Under the pieces are notes generated by a model. That model was given only the letters and a program-made list of their open reading frames with translations. It was not told the DNA's origin and made no database searches. From the NCBI RefSeq assembly GCF_000143415.4, contig NW_003314693.1:1-6400 (forward strand): a DNA stretch of 6,400 nucleotides. The letters run 5' to 3'. Each line of letters begins with the position of its first letter. Position 1 is the first letter of the stretch. This document shows, one piece after another, positions 1 to 6,400 of the stretch. A program made the position numbers and the translations under genes. The stretch is from Selaginella moellendorffii. Lineage: Eukaryota > Plantae > Lycopodiophyta.

Positions 1-197
1 GGGCTAGCTAACTTTCCATGTGAATCGTCTCTCGTGGTTGCAGAGGGCATCTTCCCAAAGGACGTCCAGCTTGAAACTTTGTGTCGCCTTGCTCCAGCGA
101 CATGATGGGAAACTCGCAACCAAAAACTGTCCGCTTATATGGCTAGCCCGGAGGATCTGTGGCAGCCACTCGCATAAACTTCTCGGAACTCGTCCGG

Positions 198-285
198 GTA
201 AGGCTCAAAAGCTCTTTCCTTTCTTGTCAATCGCTTCGCTTCCTTCCCGGCGCTGATCCACAGTGCTTTTGGTGCTTTTGTGTAG
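198..285 (+). other. Probable 5'-UTR intron of the proline-rich protein gene
   Basis: Donor G|GTAAGG at 198, pyrimidine-rich body, and acceptor TTTTGTGTAG ending at 285, 28 nt before the ATG at 314. An alternative acceptor CCACAG ends at 263. Inferred from splice consensus only. Confidence 0.5.
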
Positions 286-313
286 GTCCCGAGAAGATCT
301 AGAAAAACAAGGA

Positions 314-844
314 ATGGGAACTTCTGCGAATGGTGTCGGTGGTGGTTCTGCGATTCTTCTCTGGATTTCGGTGTTGACAATCCTCCTCGGAGCTGCTGCC
401 ACTGTTGCCGCGAGGTCCACACTGGTCGGAGCAGCCACCGAAATGAAGAACGAGTACTTCCACCATCCTCCACTCGAGTTTCCAAAGCCGCCACCGTTCG
501 AGTTCAAAGAACCTCCGTATGAGCTGCCCAAGCCTCCGCCATTCTCGTACAAGGAGCCACCGTTTGATCTTCCAAAGCCACCGCCATTCTCGTACAATGA
601 GCCAGAGTTTACTCTTCCAAAGCCTCCGCCATTCTCATACAAAGAGCCACCGTTCGATCTTCCAAAGCCGCCACCATTCTCGTACAAAGAGCCACCATTG
701 GATCTTCCCAAGCCGCCGCCAATCTCCTACAAAGAACCACCGTTCGATCTTCCAAAGCCGCCGCCGTTCTCGTACAAAGAGCCACCATTGGATCTTCCCA
801 AGCCGCCGCCAATTTCGTACGAGGCTCCATTTCACCACCACTAG
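314..844 (+). CDS. Secreted proline-rich repeat protein (PRP/PELPK-like cell-wall-type protein), 176 aa, single coding exon
   Basis: ATG 314 to TAG 844. The N-terminus has a hydrophobic signal-peptide-like stretch (AILLWISVLTILLGAAATVAA|R), followed by 8 repeats of consensus EPPFDLPKPPPFSYK and a C-terminal HHH. Repeat copies differ mostly at synonymous positions in this frame, which supports + strand coding. The ORF-track start at 263 is a GTG inside the likely intron. Confidence 0.85.
   Translation: MGTSANGVGGGSAILLWISVLTILLGAAATVAARSTLVGAATEMKNEYFHHPPLEFPKPPPFEFKEPPYELPKPPPFSYKEPPFDLPKPPPFSYNEPEFTLPKPPPFSYKEPPFDLPKPPPFSYKEPPLDLPKPPPISYKEPPFDLPKPPPFSYKEPPLDLPKPPPISYEAPFHHH
464..823 (+). 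repeat. Coding tandem repeat, 8 x 45 bp (15 aa), with a higher-order 90-bp duplication (644-733 vs 734-823)
   Basis: Units: HPPLEFPKPPPFEFK / EPPYELPKPPPFSYK / EPPFDLPKPPPFSYN / EPEFTLPKPPPFSYK / EPPFDLPKPPPFSYK / EPPLDLPKPPPISYK / EPPFDLPKPPPFSYK / EPPLDLPKPPPISYE. Units 5+6 and 7+8 differ at about 7 of 90 nt by manual count. Confidence 0.95.
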
Positions 845-931
845 CATGGTAAATAGTAAAAACTGTACTTTCTGTGTGTAAATCTCAAAGAACGTTTATA
901 ATTTAAAAAAGCGATTAGGGCTCTTGGCGCG

Positions 932-2476
932 ATGGCTATGGCGTTGGCAATGGCGCTCACGGCGTCTCCTTCGTCTCACCTCAAATTCCAGCTCTCCAGG
1001 GGACCGGCATTTCATTCCTTTCGCGTCAGCTACGCTAATGCGGCTGCCGCTCCAGCGCCTTGGGCGAGAGAAGCAGTGTCTCGTCGTCCCGATCGGGGAA
1101 GAATTGGAGCGACTGGAAATCGCAAAGGAAATGCTCCTGATGGGGACAATGAGGTAAGCTACACAAAGATAGTGCTCGAATTCTTGTCGTTTCTCTTCTC
1201 GTAGTCTACAATCTTTGGTTTGTGTAGAGCCTAGCGTTGAAAATTCTCCGGCTTGATGGGTGGGACGTTCCGTGGGGGTATGGAGTGACAACGCTGGGAT
1301 TGCTGGGTTGGCTGGTCAGGTCGGTAGAAATCAAAGCTTGTTCCTGATTGCTTTTGTTGATCGATGACACTACAAGCGCAGCTTTTTTGTGACAGGCTTG
1401 GCTACGGCAGTGCTCGGTCATAATCTGGGGATCGATAGAAGAGAAATCCTCGACATGGACGAACAAGCTGCGTTCATACTTTTCAGCCAAGTGTAAGGAG
1501 TTAGAAAAGTTGCGATCAATCTTTCATGAAACTTGGCCTGTGAAGTTTGCAGACAATTACAGGACTTGGCACCATCAATCTCGTTACAACCAAGTACCAG
1601 CCTTTGCCTTCCGACATGTTCGTGTATGGTATGCTTTTATCGTTTCTCTCCTTCGTAGTTACGCTTAACACGACTTTAGATTTTAGAAAACCATTTGATT
1701 TGCAGCGAGGATGGCTGCTTTGGTCTGGAATTGGCATACTTTGCGCTGGTGGAGCTGTGGTTCTAACCAGTATCATCGTTTCATCTGTTAATGGTGAACT
1801 GCCACCACGGGAGGTTGGTTCTTGGTTGCTATATCCCAATGCACAATTGATTTCGGTTTTTATCTTTGTCAGGACAACGATGCGCTATCACAGTTGCTTC
1901 CGCTCATTGGTGTCTCGCCATTAAGGTTAGCAACGAGGTTTCTCAGTTGGATGTGTTGTGATTGATTCGCTGGTCATTTTTGTAGCACAGCGTCATTGAT
2001 TGTTGTGACCGGTGCTTTGGCTCCACTGCTAGAAGAGACTGTTTTCCGCGGCTTTCTCCTGACATCTCTAACTAAGAGGTGAAAAACTGTGCTTTTACAC
2101 GATCTTACACTACTGGATTCTCAGGTTGCCAGTTCCAGTTGCCGTGGTTTTGAGCGCCGCTGCGTTTGCTCTCGCTCATCTAACTCCGGGAGAATTTCCA
2201 CAGCTCTTTGCGTTGGGTAAGAAATCAAGTGGATTGCCATTGCTGACACTTCCCACACAGGCATTGTCATCGGTTTTGCGTACTCTAAGACACACAACAT
2301 GCTCACGCCAATTCTAATCCACGCGACCTGGAATTCTGGAGTGGTGGTAGCGCTCACAGCACTCAGTGTAAGTAGCACCAGCCTTTTTTCTTGATCTTCC
2401 AACAGAGTTGTTTGGATGGCAGTTTCAAGGATACGATTTGAGCCAAGTGCTCTCACTTATCTTAATGGGATCATAA
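932..2476 (+). CDS. CPBP family (CAAX prenyl protease type II / Abi) intramembrane glutamic metalloprotease, likely chloroplast-targeted, about 346 aa, 10 exons
   Basis: Exons 932-1153, 1228-1319, 1382-1492, 1546-1628, 1680-1813, 1873-1925, 1986-2078, 2125-2216, 2261-2367, 2423-2476. All introns are GT-AG with consistent phases, total 1041 nt. All three CPBP motifs are intact: EETVFR (EExxxR), FALAH (FxxxH), HATWN (HxxxN). Plant/cyanobacterial-type WDVPW and PFDLQRGWLLW segments are present, and the N-terminus is Ala/Ser/Arg-rich like a transit peptide. The last acceptor is uncertain (2422 vs in-frame 2407). Confidence 0.92.
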
Positions 2477-2516
2477 TTAAACCTTAAATGGCATCATTTG
2501 AATTTTAGGGCTACGT

Positions 2517-2524
2517 TTTCCCGC
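2517..2524 (+). promoter_or_regulatory. E2F binding site TTTCCCGC upstream of DPB2
   Basis: Exact match to the TTTSSCGS consensus (context TTTTCCCGCCAA), 38 nt before the ATG of a DNA replication gene, a class known to be E2F targets in plants. Confidence 0.8.
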
Positions 2525-2537
2525 CAATTGGTTGGGG

Positions 2538-2545
2538 TTAGGGTT
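2538..2545 (-). promoter_or_regulatory. Telo-box-like element (AACCCTAA on the minus strand)
   Basis: TTAGGGTT at 2538-2545, one base short of the AAACCCTAA telo-box, with a second TTTAGGG at 2504-2510. Telo-boxes are typical near start sites of plant translation and replication genes. Confidence 0.45.
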
Positions 2546-2562
2546 CTAAAGAGATTTTGGCG

Positions 2563-4824
2563 ATGGAGCAGCAGCAGCGAATGCGCAAGGCGCAGCTGAA
2601 GTTCAAGCTCCGGGGACTAACCCTCTCGGTGGATGCGCTCAAGGCTGTTCTTGGCTTCCTAGATGAGCAATACTTGCCGGACGAGGAGGCGCTCCAGCAT
2701 CTTCTGGCCGAGGTCGACAAAATCTCCCGTGAGTTGTTCTTCTTTTTGCTAGCGGCCTGTCTCATAGATGATTTCAGTGAAGAGCAATGTGCTGTCCAAG
2801 GAAGCAGCGCTGGAACTCATTTCAGCGGCCACAGGCGTGACTAGCAGCCAGCAGAATGCTCTTCTTGTTGTCGATGCCTTCAAGCTTCCAAGATTTTGCT
2901 ACGATCCAATACGAAAAATGTTCTACAGGTAACGATCTCTCGCTTGGATTTCTTAGTTTTCTCGCTGTCACTGGGTTCTTTTTTCTTTTCTTTTTCGAAA
3001 CTCCTTTTGTACGCTTCTACAGGTATAACAAAACACCTTCCGTTCACGGTGATGCTCGATCCAAATCTGCTCTTTACAAAGATAGGCTCCAATTGCTACA
3101 TCAACGTCTTATCAGAGATAGACACTTTGCAAAGCCTGCATTTGACATGGATGGAAGCCGATCGGGGACTTGTGAGGTTTGCTTATTTTTCTTTCTTTCT
3201 TTTCTTCTACGTCTTTTCTTAAAACGCTCAATGCAGTTGTCGTCGTTGCAATCGCTGCTAGGATGCATTGGCAGAAGATGGGTTATGGGGATCGTCTCCC
3301 AACTGGAAGACGGCCGCTATTATTTGGAAGACTTGTCTGCTACAATACCGATTGATCTTTCGCAAGCTATATCCTTTGGAAAGTTTTGTTTGTACGATAA
3401 GCAGAGCTTTTGTTTTTTTTAACTTGCAATTTCGCACAAGATCACGTCAGGATTTCTAACGGAGAACTGCATAATTGTTGCGGAAGGATTGCTGCAAGCA
3501 AACGGCATTTTTCAGGTTCGTTCCTTGTTTTAAAAGACTCACTTCCTGAAGCGCAACTTTCGACAGATCTCTACGTGTGGCTTCCCTCCATTGGAAGGAA
3601 GAAACATCTCGTTAAGTGTTACGGCTGGGCTCGACTTCTTCGGCGCAGGAGCGCTTTCTTACGATGAGATCGTATCCTTTTTTTGCTTGATTCCTTCTTT
3701 GTGTCCTTAATGGCTGTTTGTAGAGCAGACTAGAAGTGCTGGAACGCAAAGCTGTTAACGACATGTTTGTTGTTATCTCTGACGTGTGGCTGGACGATGA
3801 ACAGGTAACGTATTTTCCTGCCCAAATTTCTCACATACTCTTCTGTTTGTTGGTATCCAGACTATGCGAAATCTTGAGGTCGTGCTGGATGGATTTGAAA
3901 ACGTTGACGTTGTGCCATCAGTCTTTATACTCATGGGAAATTTTTTGTCACGCCCTTGCAATCTCTCTTTCCATAGCTTTGGGGAGCTTCGGTACTTTCA
4001 AGTTTTAAACATAAGCTTTGCTCTTCATGTGCTACATTGTTTGGCAGTATAGTTCGCACTTTGATAAGCTCGGCACATTAATCGCGTCACATACTCGGAT
4101 CAGCTCGACCAGCAAGTTTGTCCTAATCCCGGGTCCTGAAGATCCAGGTATCGTTTTGTTTTGTATGACTTCCTGGTTTGCTAACTCAATTGTCCAGGCC
4201 CGAGTAGCGTTCTTCCGAGGCCTGCCTTGCCGAGCTATTTCACAAAGGAGCTGGCCAAGCACGTCCCCAATGTGACCTTTGCAAGTAATCCATGCAGGTA
4301 ACTCTTTGTGTAATGCTGACTTTAGGATAACGAGTATCACGCAGGATTCGCTTCTTCTCGCAGGAGATAGTTCTCTTCAGGGAGAACTTGCTGTACCGCA
4401 TGAGAAGGCTATGCATTGTTACACCGTCAGACGAGGAGACAACAGAGCCATTTGAGCACGTAAGTCCCCTTTGCCATCGTTTTTCCTGCTCCATAAACTC
4501 CATTTCTTGCAGCTTGTAGCGACAATCACACATCAAAGTCACCTGTGTCCTCTACCACTAACTTCGCAGCCCATTGTCTGGGAGTATGATCACGCCATGC
4601 GGCTCTATCCAACGCCTCACACTGTAAGTGTGTTGGAGGATCCTTTCCTGTTCGTCCTTGATCTATGCTCCCAATCTTTCCAGATTGTTCTAGGCGACCG
4701 CACGGAGCAAAAGCTTTTCAAGTATATGGGCGTCACGGCCTTTAGTCCGGGATCGTTCTCGGTGGATGGAACTTTTGCTGCCTACAGGCCAGCGACTCAA
4801 GAAGTAGAACTCTCTTCACTGTAA
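2563..4824 (+). CDS. DPB2: DNA polymerase epsilon subunit B (subunit 2), about 519 aa, 13 exons
   Basis: Exons 2563-2728, 2778-2928, 3023-3176, 3237-3368, 3438-3515, 3567-3671, 3724-3804, 3861-3991, 4053-4147, 4198-4297, 4345-4459, 4513-4623, 4684-4824. The total is 1560 nt, phases are consistent and there is no internal stop. Recognisable POLE2/DPB2 motifs: [126 protein letters not shown]. Confidence 0.97.
3369..3437 (+). other. U12-type (minor spliceosome) AT-AC intron, DPB2 intron 4
   Basis: 5' site ATATCCTTT at 3369, branch-site-like TTTTTAAC at 3416-3423, and 3' end GCAC at 3437. Removing it joins ...IDLSQA to [10 protein letters not shown]... in frame. Confidence 0.92.
3672..3723 (+). 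other. U12-type GT-AG intron, DPB2 intron 6
   Basis: 5' site GTATCCTTT at 3672, U12 branch site TCCTTAAT at 3704-3711, and a short distance to the TAG acceptor at 3723. The join is in frame (YDEI|SRLEVLE). Confidence 0.9.
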
Positions 4825-5085
4825 AACTAATGCTATGATCTTCCTCAAACTCGTTGTCTCGTATCGTTGAACACTAATTTTTGGAATTAAAATGTTAATA
4901 TAAAAGAATGGTTTTAGAATATACTCAGCTCCCCTAAAATTGTTAAGGAATGGATTGGATAAATCATGGAAAAATAAGTTCCACAGTGGCGTTCTCTCGT
5001 TTATTCTCTTTAACAAAGCCCGGAGTCGTACTCTACGGCTACTATACACCTCTTTCTAGTTTATTATACGCCTTTTTCGTAGAGT

Positions 5086-5780
5086 CTACGGTGGCGGGTT
5101 CGAGTTCGGTGACGACGTGGCTCGAGCATGACGAGGAGCGCTACACCTTTGCTCTTCTCTCTCGCGCGGATCTTGATGCGCTAGGGCATCGATTTTCGTC
5201 GATCGCTCGCAGCGACGGTGGTATTGATCCAGCCCCAGGTGGGAGAAGCTAATGTCTAGAATACCTGAATCCTCCTCGCTCACGACCACGGCATCACATC
5301 CCTGCTGCGTGGCCTTCTTCTGGAGCTCCTCGTCGTCGTCTTCATGCTCCTCGTCTTGATCTTGATCGTGGGAAGGAGCACGGAGGCGTGTATCCGCTCA
5401 CCAGGTTCGTTTTTCCACTGCTGGACAAGATCGTCAACACAAGGAGCAGCAGCACCGCTGTGAGAAGCTGCGCGATCAGACGCTTGGATTCCACAAGGAA
5501 GGATCTGAATATCCATACGTTGCTGCTCCAGCAAATCCAGCTCTTGGTGGTGATGGTGCTCGAGGAGTTTTCTCTACTATCACGCGTGCAGTCTCCTATA
5601 GCGATTCTTAAGTCTGCGACAAGTACTTGTGCGCAGTGGATGGTCAGATTGGAGGGAGCTTACGCAGATTTGCTGGTGCTAGACAAGAATCCAATAGCAG
5701 ATCAACCTGGTTATGATCCGAGAAACTGTGAAGCTACCAAGATAGATGGCAGAACCGTTGAGAGCTCGACCAAGTAAGCA
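5086..5780. other. Unresolved coding-like segment, possibly a decayed spliced gene on the minus strand
   Basis: More GC-rich than its flanks, with minus-strand intron-like units (5663-5614, GTAAGC..CTGAC..GCAG, 50 nt; 5401-5355, GTGAGC..CAAG) and protein-like fragments (KLLEHHHHQELDLLEQQR, DEEHEDDDEELQKK). No complete ATG-to-stop model could be built. Confidence 0.3.
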
Positions 5781-5931
5781 CGTGTTTATGATGTTCTTAC
5801 AGTGTGTATCTGTAGAGGATGACCCTTGAGGGAATTTAATACTCAAAGAAGGTGTTATGTATCATTCATCTAAAGTTGACGGTACGATGCTGTGTTTTTT
5901 CTTTGCGATCCTTCTCTTGAATCACGCACGA

Positions 5932-6001
5932 CCAATATTGACGTTTTGTTGCTAGCGCTTGTGGCCATCTTGTCACAAGATGCTTCTGCCGCTGTATAAA
6001 T
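5932..6001 (+). promoter_or_regulatory. Putative core promoter of the lectin-like gene (CCAAT at 5932-5936, TATAAAT at 5995-6001)
   Basis: TATAAAT lies about 25-30 nt before a pyrimidine/CA-rich initiator-like stretch (about 6025-6032), followed by a leader intron and the ATG at 6112. Positional inference only. Confidence 0.45.
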
Positions 6002-6048
6002 TTTAGCTGCTAGTCTTCATACAACATCATCCTATTGCATTTCAAGCT

Positions 6049-6106
6049 GTAAGTTGCTCCATGCATTGCTCTTATGCTTTGCTCTCGGTAACAATTTTCT
6101 TGGTAG
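6049..6106 (+). other. Probable 5'-UTR intron of the lectin-like gene
   Basis: Perfect GTAAGT donor at 6049 and TTTTCTTGGTAG acceptor ending at 6106. At 58 nt it is typical of local intron size, and it ends 5 nt before the ATG at 6112. Confidence 0.6.
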
Positions 6107-6111
6107 GAGGG

Positions 6112-6400
6112 ATGACGTCCAACAAGGCTCCCGCACTACTTCCCGCTGAAAAATGCCGAAGGGAACTACCTGATACTGAGTGCTGTTTTGAACTACCTCC
6201 CTTTCAACTTCTTCTCCTCCAAGGAGAGAACCCGTCTTTCAACATATGAAGCTCTCTACAACTCCAAAGACAACTCGGATTCGACGGTGATGATCCGTGC
6301 TCCAAACGGTCGCTTCTGGAGGAGATTTTACGACAATTCTTCGCCAGGAACAATTCCGTCAGACCATGAAGAGCCCAAGGATCCAAGCGACAAAGCTTAT
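6112..6400 (+). pseudogene. Amaranthin-like (Agglutinin beta-trefoil) lectin gene, 5' part, with an apparent 1-nt frameshift right after the start; continues beyond the window
   Basis: Frame 6128-6400 is open for 91 codons: LPHYFPLKNAEGNYLILSAVLNYLPFNFFSSKERTRLSTYEALYNSKDNSDSTVMIRAPNGRFWRRFYDNSSPGTIPSDHEEPKDPSDKAY. This resembles the recalled amaranthin-domain pattern LPxxxxxKxxNGxYL...F...E...VxIrxxxxGKFWRR...D.EP.D. ATG 6112 (MTSNK) is offset by one base, and the domain frame has TGA at 6113-6115. Removing one G at 6126/6127 gives MTSNKLPHYF... Confidence 0.6.

Noticed and set aside
205-711. Gly-rich repeat ORF on the minus strand (GRSNGGSLYENGGGF)n and other overlapping ORFs at 519-881, 609-830 and 635-847
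   Set aside because: These are shadows of the Pro-rich repeat (CCN codons read GGN antisense). The + frame has an ATG, a signal peptide and synonymous-biased variation.
464-823. 45-bp periodic array as a CRISPR or other non-coding array
   Set aside because: Contiguous tandem units with no unique spacers, lying in frame within a eukaryotic CDS.
314-2476. Repeat precursor plus adjacent CAAX/Abi protease as a bacteriocin-like precursor-processing pair
   Set aside because: The protease has a transit-peptide-like N-terminus and looks like a conserved plastid family member, whereas the repeat protein has a secretory signal. They are in different predicted compartments, and adjacency alone is weak evidence in such a compact genome.
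4148-4197. DPB2 intron 9 donor GTATCGTTT as a third U12 intron
   Set aside because: It mismatches the conserved ATCC core at +6 and has a U2-like CTAAC branch rather than TCCTTAAC. It is treated as U2, although a converted U12 intron cannot be excluded.
896-4542. Minus-strand ORFs overlapping the CPBP and DPB2 genes
   Set aside because: Antisense to well-supported spliced genes, crossing intron/exon boundaries, with no recognisable motifs.
1629-4683. Three stop-free introns with length divisible by 3 (1629-1679, 3177-3236, 4624-4683)
   Set aside because: About this many are expected by chance among 21 introns of roughly 50-60 nt. They merely explain the read-through ORFs in the track.
4816-5252. 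ORFs 4816-5049 (-) and 4950-5252 (+)
   Set aside because: They lie wholly or partly in the AT-rich 3' UTR/terminator region of DPB2 and have no recognisable protein features.
5614-5636. Near-perfect 23-nt palindrome CTGCGACAAGTACTTGTGCGCAG
   Set aside because: Too short for a miRNA precursor or MITE, with no flanking target-site duplication seen.
6061-6249. 62-aa ORF from the track as a real gene
   Set aside because: It starts inside the probable leader intron and is the out-of-frame reading of the lectin-like sequence.

Overview
Very compact, intron-rich eukaryotic DNA from a land plant. Introns are only 44-94 nt, which suggests a Selaginella-like lycophyte genome (inference). Three co-directional + strand genes sit only 87 and 86 nt apart: (1) a secreted proline-rich protein with 8 tandem 15-aa repeats (314-844); (2) a 10-exon, probably plastid-targeted CPBP/CAAX-type (Abi) intramembrane protease (932-2476); and (3) the 13-exon DNA polymerase epsilon subunit B gene DPB2/POLE2 (2563-4824). 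DPB2 has an E2F site upstream and two minor-spliceosome (U12) introns, one AT-AC and one GT-AG. After an AT-rich 3' region comes a coding-like but unresolved, probably decayed segment (about 5086-5780). The window ends in an amaranthin/agglutinin-like lectin gene (from 6112, running off the window) that the ORF track misses, because its ATG is one base out of frame with the lectin domain. All family assignments come from motif recognition and recalled family consensus, not from database searches.
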